The notes under the pieces were generated by a model, which was not told the DNA's origin, ran no database searches, and was given only the letters and a program-made list of their open reading frames with translations. A program made the position numbers and the translations under genes. A DNA stretch of 41,675 nucleotides, taken from a virus (lineage: Duplodnaviria > Caudoviricetes). Every line of letters starts with the position of its first letter. The first letter of the stretch is position 1. This document shows positions 1 to 8,595 of this stretch, in pieces. The stretch lies in IMG/VR virus record IMGVR_UViG_3300048577_000476, positions 1-41,675 of that record; one strand, given 5' to 3'.

Positions 1-156
1 CGGCGCGGCGGCACCGGGAGAGGCCTGCGGCGCGGTCGGCTGGGCGCCCTGCGCGGCGGCGGGCGGCGCAACCGCCAGCGCCACGCCGATCCAGACCGCA
101 GCCGCCGCGCAGGCGCGCGCGAGACCGCACGATCGGTTATTGAAGAAAAAAACCAT
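1..156 (-). CDS. 5' part of a host secreted/periplasmic protein (runs off the window start)
   Basis: Manual translation from ATG at 156 gives MVFFFNNRSCGLARACAAAAVWIGVALAVAPPAAAQGAQPTAPQASPGAAAP. This has a hydrophobic signal peptide with an AAA/Q cleavage site and is divergent from the GT2 gene. Confidence 0.6.
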   Translation of the reverse strand, partial: MVFFFNNRSCGLARACAAAAVWIGVALAVAPPAAAQGAQPTAPQASPGAAAP

Positions 157-246
157 CTGTGGTTGCATCGTCCGGGGGCTGCGAGCGCGTCTTATAGACC
201 ATTCGCGGCAGGATTCGAGTGGCGTTGTGGCGTGGGGTGCGGTCAC

Positions 247-1716
247 ATGGCTGTGGCCGGGCGTGCAGACGGGGGCGACAGGACCGGGCAGCCGCGACGC
301 TCCGGACGGATGGTGGCCTCTGCGCGCAGCCTCACGACGTTGGCCGCCGGCGTGCTCGGCCGTTTCCGTTCGCAGGACAACGCCAAGGCTGCCAGCCCTG
401 GCGAGCCCGGACCGGCCGCCGAGCTGGACTGCCTGCGCGACGTTTTCGCCCCCGCCCTCCTCAAAGCCGCCGAAGCGCGCAGCGTGGGCGTCGGCGTCGG
501 CGCCGACCAGGTGCTGATCCGCTGGGGCGTGATCGACGAGGACACCTATCTGCGGCGGTTCGCGCACCACGCCGGCCTCGGGCTGGAGACCTTCGACGAC
601 GTCGCGCGCGCCGACTGCCTGCTCACCGATGACCAGCTTCAATGTGGCGCGCGGTACGGCCTGCTGCCGATCCGGCAGGACGGAGAGACTGTGTTCGTCC
701 TCGCGCCGCGCGGCTACAGCGCGCGGCGGACCGCCCGGCTGATGGCGCGCTATCCCGCGCTGGCGGAGCGCCTGCGCGTGGCGACAGCCGCTCGCTTGAA
801 CGAGTTCCTTGAGCGCCGCACCGGCGATGCGCTGGCGCGCACCGCCACGGATGGCCTGCTCCAGCATTTTCCGGAGATGTCGGCGGCGCCGCGTCAGGCC
901 GCTTCACGCGGATTTGCCGGCATGGCACGCTACGCGCTGCGGCTCGCGGCTCCGCTCGTCCTATTGACGCTGATGCCGATGGCCGTGATCGAGGCGTGCA
1001 GCGTTGTGTTGTCGCTGTGGTTCCTGCTGTTCACGAGCCTGCGGCTTGCCGGAAGCTTTGCGCCGCGGCCGCGCCCGAAACCCCTGCCGCGGCTGCCCGA
1101 CTGCGACCTGCCGGTCTATACGGTGGTCGCAGCGCTCTACCGCGAGGCCGCGTCCGTTGCGCCGCTGATGGCGTACATCGACGAGCTCGACTATCCGCGC
1201 GAGAAGCTCGACGTGAAGCTCGTCATCGAGCCCGACGACCTTGCGACCCGCGCGGCGATCGCCCGGCTCGGCGCGATGCCGCACGTCCAGGTCATCATCG
1301 CACCGCAGGCCGGGCCGCGCACCAAGCCGAAGGCGCTGAATTGCGCGCTGACGTTCGCACGCGGCGCCTTCATCACCGTTTTCGACGCGGAGGACCGTCC
1401 CGAGCCCGGACAGTTGCGCGCGGCGCTCGACGTCTTCCGCACCTCGGACCCCGACGTCGCCTGCGCGCAGGCCAGCCTGTGCATCGACAACACGGCCGAC
1501 GGCTGGCTGCCGCGCATGTTCACTGCGGAATATGCCGGGCAGTTCGACGTGTTCCTGCAGGGCTTCTCGCAATTCAGGATGCCGTTGCCGCTCGGCGGAT
1601 CGTCCAACCATTTCCGCACCTCCGTGCTGCGCGACGCCGGCGGCTGGGACCCTTACAACGTGACCGAGGATGCCGATCTCGGCTTCCGGCTTGCACGGCA
1701 CGGCTATCGCAGCGTG
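247..1716 (+). pseudogene. Host GT2-family glycosyltransferase with N-terminal MshEN/T2SSE_N-like region, truncated by prophage insertion
   Basis: GT2 motifs ALYRE, KPKALN, FDAED, LGGSSNHF and TEDADLG are present. The expected downstream QxxRW motif and C-terminal TM helices are missing: after GYRSV the frame reads into phage end sequence and stops at 1773. Start uncertain (163/247/310). Confidence 0.85.
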
Positions 1717-1740
1717 TGTGACGCGCAAGAACACGTGGCA

Positions 1741-1797
1741 CCGCCGGGATTATCCGGGATCAGCCGGAATTAATCGGGAAGTGCCCGGAAATATTGG
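1741..1797 (+). repeat. Six degenerate 10-bp-phased repeats at the prophage left end (candidate transposase-binding sites)
   Basis: ccgCCGGGAT/tatCCGGGAT/cagCCGGAAT/taaTCGGGAA/gtgCCCGGAA/ataTTGG, with exact 10-nt period. Confidence 0.6.
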
Positions 1798-1909
1798 GCT
1801 TCTGTGGGGTCTGGCGGCTTTGCCTGGTCGCGGCGCCGGCGCAACTTCAGATGTCACCGTCGCGGCGGCCGATGCTCGAAATGCTCGCAATTCCGCGCGC
1901 TGAATGCCC

Positions 1910-2017
1910 AACTGGGATGCGGCAGCGGTAGTCGGGGCGGCTGAGTCCCAGTTTCGAATCCCGTCAATTAGGCCGCTTCCTGGCTTTCAACGACCGAACC
2001 GGGATGGCTAAGTGGGA
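1910..2017. repeat. AAnYGGGA motifs near the left end (candidate inner MuA-binding sites)
   Basis: AACTGGGA 1910-1917, its inverse TCCCAGTT 1946-1953, AACCGGGA 1997-2004, AAGTGGGA 2010-2017. Confidence 0.45.
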
Positions 2018-2030
2018 TTCTGCATGGCGA

Positions 2031-2618
2031 CTAAAGCAGCCTTGAGCTGGCCTTCAGGCCCACGCTCCGCTCGCAGCTTGCCATCGACTTCCGCCACCTT
2101 TCCGAAATCGTGGTCAAGGCCGCTTCGGCACGGGCGGGAGAATAGGACCGAAGCACTTCGCGGAGATAATCATCGAGCGCGAACGCTGCAGTCATGCAAT
2201 CGGTGGCCTTGTGTTGAGGGTCGGGAATCTGGCCGACCCGCGCGACGACAATGTCGACATAACGGCTCTGGATTTTGAGCTCATTGGCGTCAGCGTAGCG
2301 AAGAGCACCCGCAGTCGCTTTCTCGATGTCACGCATCACAGAGACGAGTTCTTTGTGGCTCTTCACTTCCCGGATGGAGCGCGCCCGATCCGGATTGACC
2401 ATCATCAGATCGTACAGTTCCCTCTCTGAGAGCCGCGGGGTGGCCGCCTGCGGCTTCGCGTCCACGGCGGGCGCTGTATCGTCTGTGGCGCCGCCGAAGT
2501 ACCACCATGCGCCGCCGGCGACGATGATAAACAAAACCGCCAGCTGACCCAGCTTGCTGCGAGCCACTCTTTGACCGAGCTCTTTCCCTGAAGCTGAAGC
2601 TGATTCAGACGCGCTCAT
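2031..2618 (-). CDS. Single-pass membrane protein co-transcribed with the repressor (lysogeny-expressed accessory gene)
   Basis: ATG at 2618 overlaps the repressor stop (ATGA). TM segment LAVLFIIVAGGAWWYF is followed by a helical domain with two Cys. Confidence 0.75.
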   Translation of the reverse strand: MSASESASASGKELGQRVARSKLGQLAVLFIIVAGGAWWYFGGATDDTAPAVDAKPQAATPRLSERELYDLMMVNPDRARSIREVKSHKELVSVMRDIEKATAGALRYADANELKIQSRYVDIVVARVGQIPDPQHKATDCMTAAFALDDYLREVLRSYSPARAEAALTTISERWRKSMASCERSVGLKASSRLL

Positions 2619-3325
2619 AGCGTTCTCCCGAACCATCGAACCCGCGCTTCTATCCTCAACTTATTTACCTCGGCAGCCGGCACGAGTTCGTCATCATACA
2701 CCGGGTTGTCGGACTTCAAAGCGATACTGCCGTCGCGGCGAGGCTGGAGGCGTCTCAAAAGAACCATCCCGCCAAGCGCGATCAAGTAAATGCCGTCATC
2801 GAACGCACGAATTATGGAGCGATCGATTAAGACAAGGTCGCCGTCGCGGATCGTCGGCTCCATCGGATCGCCAACAGCAATGAGGACCGCGGCCGACGCC
2901 GGCTCAACCCCGATCCTCCGCAACCACTCGGTCCGGAATCCTATGAGCGGCTTGGCACCATCAACATCCTTTAACGGAGCGACAGCGTGCGAGCGGGCGC
3001 TCGCCCCAAGATCGAGGCGTGGCAGGAACGTGTATTCCGCCGCGGCCGCCGCCACGGCCGCCGCAAAGCTGCCACTGCCTGCGGTGGGGTCCAACATGAT
3101 CTGGTGGATGCGATCGTCCAGCAGCGCTGGATCGCGAAAAAGCCAGTCGAGCGACACTTCGCACGCCTCCACGATCGAGATGGCCTTGTCGATCGTCGGC
3201 TTCGACGGCCCTTTGATCCATTGACGGACGCTTGACTCGGTCAGTCCGCAGAATCCTGCGAACTGGGAGACATTTCCCTGCGAGTGGCGCTCGATGAGCC
3301 ACAAAAGTCGTTGTTTAAACGACAA
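2615..3325 (-). CDS. CI-like prophage repressor (XRE HTH + S24-like C-terminal domain)
   Basis: HTH SQFAGFCGLTESSVRQWIKGPSKP...SLDWL and S24-like GDxMEPTIRDGDLVLID...DGIY...SDNPVY...RVRWFGR. Probable TTG start at 3325 after AAGGGGG (ORF track extends to 3388). Divergent from ner. Confidence 0.9.
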   Translation of the reverse strand: MSFKQRLLWLIERHSQGNVSQFAGFCGLTESSVRQWIKGPSKPTIDKAISIVEACEVSLDWLFRDPALLDDRIHQIMLDPTAGSGSFAAAVAAAAAEYTFLPRLDLGASARSHAVAPLKDVDGAKPLIGFRTEWLRRIGVEPASAAVLIAVGDPMEPTIRDGDLVLIDRSIIRAFDDGIYLIALGGMVLLRRLQPRRDGSIALKSDNPVYDDELVPAAEVNKLRIEARVRWFGRTL

Positions 3326-3336
3326 TTTTCCCCCTT

Positions 3337-3373
3337 TTCGCAAAAGCTTGCGAATCACGCAGAACTTTGCGAA
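3337..3373. promoter_or_regulatory. Two tandem 18-bp operator-like palindromes between repressor and ner
   Basis: TTCGCAA-AAGC-TTGCGAA (3337-3354) and CACGCAG-AACT-TTGCGAA (3356-3373). Confidence 0.65.
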
Positions 3374-3437
3374 TGTGGCTGTCACCAAAGTGATTTTCGC
3401 CCCCGAAAAAACGGCCGTCAGGCCGCTCGGGTGAGGG

Positions 3438-3725
3438 ATGCCGATGGGTTGGGACCGTCACGCCATCAAAGCCGCCGTCCATCGCAAGGGTCTCACGCTT
3501 GTCGGGATCGCGCGGGCGCGCGGCCTTGAGCCGAGCGCCTGCAAAGTGGCCCTTCGCCGGCGCAATTTTGCCGGTGAACGGGCGATCGCCGAGGCCCTTG
3601 GACTGGAAGCGTCGGATTTATGGCCGGACCGCTATACCGGCACCTCTCGAAGGGAGGCTACCCGGAAAGGACTCGTTGCGGCGAGTCAAAAGGATTCGAA
3701 ATTGTTGACAAGGCGGTCCGCATGA
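3438..3725 (+). CDS. ner: Ner/Nlp-family transcriptional regulator
   Basis: WDRHAIKAAVHRKGLTL...GERAIAEALG...LWPDRY signature; first gene of the early operon. Confidence 0.9.
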   Translation: MPMGWDRHAIKAAVHRKGLTLVGIARARGLEPSACKVALRRRNFAGERAIAEALGLEASDLWPDRYTGTSRREATRKGLVAASQKDSKLLTRRSA

Positions 3726-3925
3726 CGAACCGCCGCTACAACCTCCCGCTGCACCTGCTCGTTCTGGCGGCACTGGCCGGGTCCATTTTCGCGCTGGCCC
3801 AGGCGGCTTTTTCGACCGCAGAAGGCTGGGGTTGCACCGCTCAACTCATGCCCTCCGCGCAAGCGGGCCATTCAACGGGTTTTGAAGCGGCTGCGCGCGA
3901 CGGCGCGGCGCGGGGGCGGCACTGA
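3722..3925 (+). CDS. Small hypothetical protein with N-terminal hydrophobic segment
   Basis: ATGA overlap with the ner stop and TGATG coupling to the next gene; sequence MTNRRYNLPLHLLVLAALAGSIFALAQAA. Confidence 0.5.
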   Translation: MTNRRYNLPLHLLVLAALAGSIFALAQAAFSTAEGWGCTAQLMPSAQAGHSTGFEAAARDGAARGRH

Positions 3926-4389
3926 TGGCCCGCAACCGCAAGCGCGCCACGGCGCATCCCGATCTCTTCCGCGACTATGCCGCTCCGACTGTCGTGGAGC
4001 GCTACGAACCCGAACGCATGCGCGCGGCGACGATCACGATGCGGGTCGCACGCGCCGTTTCCGAGGCCCTGAAGAATGACGGGCGCCCGCGGGCGGCGAT
4101 CGCTGGCGAGATGTCGGCCTATCTCGGCGACACCGTCACCGAGCACATGCTCGACCAGTACGCCTCGCCGTCGAACGACAAGCACAACATCCCGGCGCAC
4201 CGGCTGCTGGCGTTGCTGGTGGTGACCGGCGACGCCCGCCTGATCAACGCGGTGCTGGCCGACACGGGATTGGTCGCCGTCGCGGAAAAGTACGAGGTGC
4301 TGATCCGGCGCGAGCTCGCCAAGGAAGCGCGCGACCGGCTCGACCGCGAGATCGCCGCCACTGATGCACAGTGGAGGGCGGGCCGATGA
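3925..4389 (+). CDS. Conserved phage hypothetical protein, probable DNA-binding regulator
   Basis: Coupled to both neighbours; HTH-like RAAIAGEMSAYLGDTVTEHMLDQYAS; position upstream of the transposase. Confidence 0.7.
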   Translation: MARNRKRATAHPDLFRDYAAPTVVERYEPERMRAATITMRVARAVSEALKNDGRPRAAIAGEMSAYLGDTVTEHMLDQYASPSNDKHNIPAHRLLALLVVTGDARLINAVLADTGLVAVAEKYEVLIRRELAKEARDRLDREIAATDAQWRAGR

Positions 4390-6575
4390 AGGTCTGGCTT
4401 TCCGCCTCGGAGATCGCGGCGCTCGGGCTGCCGGGCCTGCCGGCAACGAAGCGCAATATCAACGTCTGGGCCGATCGCAACGGCTGGGATGCACATCCCG
4501 AATACGCCCGCCCGCGCGCCGGCCGCGGTGGCGGCCTCGAGTATCACATCCACATCCTGCCGGCCGACGCGCGCGCCGCCTACATCGCGCGCCACGTCGA
4601 AATGGTCGAGCTGCCGGCCTCGGTCGCGCGCGAAGCTGCGAGCGAGCCGGGCGCGGCGCATCTTAACGGCCCGGCATCCGAGGCAAGGGACGCGCGCCTG
4701 GCGCTGCTCACGCTCGCCGACCGCACGGCGAGCGAAGGCAAGCTGGCACGGAAGGTTGCCGACCGGCATTTCGCCGATCTGTACAACGCCGGCCGCGTCG
4801 ACGTGGCCGGATGGATCAAGGCGGAGGTCAAGTCGCTGACGCCGCGAACGCTGGCGCGCTGGCGTGCTGCCCGCGTCGCCGGCAAGACCGTGAAGCTCGC
4901 CGTCGATCGCGCCGCCGCCCGGCGCGGCACCGGCGTGCTCGATCGCGCCGAAGGCGGTGCCGTCAAGACCTTCATGCTGGCGCTGCTCGCCAAGCAGCCG
5001 CAGCTCACAGCGCACCATTTGCGCGCGCTGGCCTGCGAGCGGTTTCCGACTGTGCGGCTCCACGATCGCACACAGCCGCTGCCGCCGATCCGCACCTTTC
5101 AGCATGCCTTGAAGGCGTGGCGGAACGAGTATCGCAACGAGCTCACCGCCATTCGCGATCCGGATGGTTTCAAGTCGCGCGTTCGTTTCGCCGCGCGCGT
5201 CGCTAATGCGGCCGACCGCCTCAACGAAGTCTGGCAGATCGATGCGTCGCCGGCGGACGTGCTGCTGGTCGACGGCCGCTACAGCATCTATGCCTGCGTC
5301 GACGTCTGGTCGCGCCGCTTGGTGGCGCTGGTGTCGAAGACGCCGCGCGCATCGGCGGTCGGGCTGCTGATCCGCAAGGCGATCAAGGCGTGGGGCATCC
5401 CCGAGCGCATCAAGACCGACAATGGGTCAGACTTCGTCGCCCGCGAAACCCAGCGGCTCTTTGCGGCGCTCGGCATCGAGCACGATCCGGCCGCACCCTT
5501 TAGTCCCGAGCAGAAGGGACACGTGGAGCGCGTGATCGGCACGCTGCAGCGCGGGCTGATGCGAACGCTGGAGGGCTTCGTCGGTCACAGCGTCGCCGAC
5601 CGCAAGATCATCGAAGGCCGCAAGAGCTTCGCCCGTCGGCTCGGAGAGGCGCCGGAAGATGCCTTCGAGGTGCGGCTCACTGCGATCGATCTGCAACAAC
5701 GCCTGGATGAATGGTGCGCCGTCACCTACGGCAACGCGGCGCATGCAGGTCTCGACGGCATGTCGCCCTTCGCACGGGCCGCCTCCTATGCGGGGCCGAT
5801 CCGGCGCATCGAAGATGATCGCGCCCTCGACATGCTGCTGATGCCGGTCGCTGGCAAGGATGGCCGCCGCGTCGTGACCAAGACCGGCATCCGTATCGAC
5901 GGCGCCTGCTACCTCGGCGGCTTCCTCAACGTGGGCGACGAAGTCCATGTCCGCATGGACCCCGCCGACCTTGGCCGCGCCTACGTCTACTCGCTCGACG
6001 GCGTCACCTTCCTGGGCGAGGTGCTCTGCCCCGAGCTCGCCGGCATCGACCCGGCCGAAGCGATCGCAAAGGTTCGCGCCGAGCAGAAGCGGATCATGGA
6101 CGAGCGCCTGGCCGAGGTGCGGCGGGAAGCGCGCGCGATCAAGGCGAAAGACATCGCTCCGGCGATTCACCGCCAAGCCTTGGTCGACGCGGGCAAGCTC
6201 GCCGAGTTCCCGAAGCGCGTCATTGCGCATTCGACGCCCGAGATCGCCGCTGCGCTCGATGCCGCCCAGGGACTCCTCCTGGACAAATCGGAGCCGGTGC
6301 ATGCGCCCGACGTCATTGCGCTGCAGGCTAGGCTGATCGCTGAAGAGCGCCATCCGATCGTCAGGCCGCTACGAACCGAAGAGACCGCGCATCAGCGCTG
6401 GCAACGCGCCCGCGCCCTTGAAGACGCGATCGCGTCGGGGCGAAGCGCGTCCGATGAGGACCTGTTGTGGCTCGGCGGTTACCGCACGGGTCCCGAATAC
6501 CGCGGCTTCGCGCTGACCTACGGAGTCAGCCTTGAAGAAAAGAACCCCGCCGAAGCGGGGCGAGGATCACTCTAA
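4386..6575 (+). CDS. MuA-like DDE transposase
   Basis: N-terminal Mu DNA-binding domain (WLSASEIAALGLPGLP...GGGLEYHI); DDE core WQIDASPAD, IKTDNGSDF, KGHVER; Mu-transposase C-terminal region. Confidence 0.95.
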   Translation: MKVWLSASEIAALGLPGLPATKRNINVWADRNGWDAHPEYARPRAGRGGGLEYHIHILPADARAAYIARHVEMVELPASVAREAASEPGAAHLNGPASEARDARLALLTLADRTASEGKLARKVADRHFADLYNAGRVDVAGWIKAEVKSLTPRTLARWRAARVAGKTVKLAVDRAAARRGTGVLDRAEGGAVKTFMLALLAKQPQLTAHHLRALACERFPTVRLHDRTQPLPPIRTFQHALKAWRNEYRNELTAIRDPDGFKSRVRFAARVANAADRLNEVWQIDASPADVLLVDGRYSIYACVDVWSRRLVALVSKTPRASAVGLLIRKAIKAWGIPERIKTDNGSDFVARETQRLFAALGIEHDPAAPFSPEQKGHVERVIGTLQRGLMRTLEGFVGHSVADRKIIEGRKSFARRLGEAPEDAFEVRLTAIDLQQRLDEWCAVTYGNAAHAGLDGMSPFARAASYAGPIRRIEDDRALDMLLMPVAGKDGRRVVTKTGIRIDGACYLGGFLNVGDEVHVRMDPADLGRAYVYSLDGVTFLGEVLCPELAGIDPAEAIAKVRAEQKRIMDERLAEVRREARAIKAKDIAPAIHRQALVDAGKLAEFPKRVIAHSTPEIAAALDAAQGLLLDKSEPVHAPDVIALQARLIAEERHPIVRPLRTEETAHQRWQRARALEDAIASGRSASDEDLLWLGGYRTGPEYRGFALTYGVSLEEKNPAEAGRGSL

Positions 6576-6588
6576 ACGGAGAATGGAA

Positions 6589-7368
6589 ATGACGATGCAG
6601 ACGTCCGCTGTCAAGGGTCCGGTTGCGTTGAAGAATGTCGCCTCTTTCATGGCGATGGCCACGCGCCTCATTGAGCGCGATCCGCACCTGCCGGGCATCG
6701 GCGTGTGCCACGGTCCGAGCGGTTACGGCAAAACCTACGCATCCATTTTCGCGCAGAATCGTACCCGCGCCCTGCGGGTCGAAGTTGGCGACAGCTGGAC
6801 ACGCCGCACGCTCCTCACGGCCATCCTGCGCGAGGCGGGATCGGCCGCAGCCAAGCGCGGCACCATCGCCGACCTCGCGGAAGCGGTGATCATGAAGCTC
6901 GGCGATGACCCACAGCGGCCGCTGATCATCGACGAGGCCGACAAGCTGGTCGACAAGGGCATGATCGAGATCGTGCGCGAGCTCCACGAGCATTCGAGCG
7001 CGCCGGTGATTCTGATTGGCGAAGAGAAGTTGCCGAACAAGCTGCTGTCGGTCGAGCGGCTGCACAACCGCGTGCTCGACTGGCTGCCGGCGCAACCCTG
7101 CGATCTCGACGACACGCGCGCACTCGCGGCGGCGTTCGCGCCGCGCGTGGCGCTTGGTGATGACATCCTCGAAGCGATCCGTGCGCAGTCCGGCGGTCGC
7201 GCCCGGCGCATCGTGGTCAATATCGCCCGCGTCGCCGAGACGGCGCGCAACAAGGCGGCAACCTCGATCGGGCTGAAGGAGTGGGGCACGCGGCCGTTTT
7301 TCACCGGCGAGCCGCCGCCACCGCGATCCGTCGAGCCCTACAAGCGCTCCAAGACGCTGGCGGCCTGA
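6589..7368 (+). CDS. MuB-like AAA+ transposition ATPase
   Basis: Walker A GPSGYGKT, Walker B LIIDEAD, ILIGEE; directly follows the transposase; GGAGA RBS upstream. Confidence 0.93.
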   Translation: MTMQTSAVKGPVALKNVASFMAMATRLIERDPHLPGIGVCHGPSGYGKTYASIFAQNRTRALRVEVGDSWTRRTLLTAILREAGSAAAKRGTIADLAEAVIMKLGDDPQRPLIIDEADKLVDKGMIEIVRELHEHSSAPVILIGEEKLPNKLLSVERLHNRVLDWLPAQPCDLDDTRALAAAFAPRVALGDDILEAIRAQSGGRARRIVVNIARVAETARNKAATSIGLKEWGTRPFFTGEPPPPRSVEPYKRSKTLAA

Positions 7369-7370
7369 TC

Positions 7371-7982
7371 ATGCCGCGTCTTGGCTATCAGGAAATCGTC
7401 CGCCTCTCGGTGCGCGTGCCGCGCGGCATCGAAGGCTACTGGTCGATCATCCGCGAGCTCGACCCGAAGGGACCGTGGTCGGTGCCAGCGGTTTTCGCGC
7501 GAACGAACGAACCGCACAAGGACTCCGTCAATGACTACGTCAAGCGGCTTGTGCGCGCCGGCATCGCCAAGCAGGTCGGCGAAGAACCCTCGAGCCGGAA
7601 CAGCTCGCCGACCAAATTCTTCCGCCTGTTGAAACGGCCGGCGGATGCCCCGAGGCTGCGCCGTGACGGGTCGGTGGTCGAAGTCCCGGCGCAGCAGAGG
7701 ATGTGGACTGCAATCCGCTCGCTCAAGCAGTTCAGGCTCGCCGAGCTCGCCTACGCTGCCAGCACCGGCAGCCCGATCAAACCCAATGTGGTGCAAGCCT
7801 ACGTCCATCGGCTGCGGATGGCCGGATACATCATCGCACTGACCCGGAGCGACTTCCGGCTGAAGCCGTCGATGGATACCGGGCCACGCTCGCCGAAGAT
7901 TCTCAAAACGCACATCGTGTTCGACCCCAACCTCAACAAGGTGATGGGTGATGACATCGTCGACGCGGAGGAGGTCGCATGA
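7371..7982 (+). CDS. Phage hypothetical protein with two winged-helix-like repeats
   Basis: Repeated YVKRLVRAGI / YVHRLRMAGY motifs; operonic spacing. Confidence 0.75.
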   Translation: MPRLGYQEIVRLSVRVPRGIEGYWSIIRELDPKGPWSVPAVFARTNEPHKDSVNDYVKRLVRAGIAKQVGEEPSSRNSSPTKFFRLLKRPADAPRLRRDGSVVEVPAQQRMWTAIRSLKQFRLAELAYAASTGSPIKPNVVQAYVHRLRMAGYIIALTRSDFRLKPSMDTGPRSPKILKTHIVFDPNLNKVMGDDIVDAEEVA

Positions 7983-8377
7983 AGCGCGGTCCCGCCGCTG
8001 GCGCAAAAACCAAAACAGACTTCGTCGCCAAGGCACGCGCCGCCTATGGCGACACCCTGCCGGACTGGGTCGAAGAGCTCGCGATCGAGGCGTCCAACAC
8101 CTCGGCGGTCACGGCCGCCAAGAAGATCGGCTACTCGGGCTCGCTGCTCTCGCATGTGTTCTCCAACACCTACACCGGCGACATCGCGCGCGTCGAGGCC
8201 AAGGTCCGCGGCGCGCTGATGGGCGCGACCGTGATCTGTCCGATCCTCGGCGAGATCGGCCGCGATCGCTGCCTCGACGAACAGAAGATGCCGCGCAGCG
8301 CCACCAGCTCGCTGCGCTCCAAGCTTTACCGCGCCTGCCGGTCGGGCTGCCCTCACTCGCGCATCAAGGAGCATTGA
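7979..8377 (+). CDS. HTH protein with C-terminal Cys cluster
   Basis: AAKKIGYSGSLLSHV HTH; CPILG...C...CRSGCPHS; ATGA overlap. Confidence 0.75.
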   Translation: MKRGPAAGAKTKTDFVAKARAAYGDTLPDWVEELAIEASNTSAVTAAKKIGYSGSLLSHVFSNTYTGDIARVEAKVRGALMGATVICPILGEIGRDRCLDEQKMPRSATSSLRSKLYRACRSGCPHSRIKEH

Positions 8378-8379
8378 AC

Positions 8380-8595
8380 ATGCTGTCGCAGGATCTGCAG
8401 AACCTGTCCGCCTGGCTGCAGCAGGTGGCCGCAGACGAGCTGGAGGTCACACCAAAACAGCTGCGCGCGATCGCCCGTGGGTTAGAGGGCTCGGCCGACA
8501 TGGCCCGGCAGCTGGAGCGCACCTGCATCGCCCAGGCGGTGCGCCTGGTCGAACCGCTCGCCGCCAACGTGCTGCGCCTGCCGGAGCGATCATGA
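8380..8595 (+). CDS. Small hypothetical protein
   Basis: MLSQDLQNLSAWLQQ...; fills the gap and overlaps the next start (ATGA). Confidence 0.6.
   Translation: MLSQDLQNLSAWLQQVAADELEVTPKQLRAIARGLEGSADMARQLERTCIAQAVRLVEPLAANVLRLPERS

Noticed and set aside
1717-1773. C-terminus CDAQEHVAPPGLSGISRN of the 536-aa ORF as a real GT2 end
   Set aside because: It is read-through into the phage left end.
1741-1797. CRISPR-like array
   Set aside because: Units are 10 bp, degenerate and have no spacers; no cas genes.
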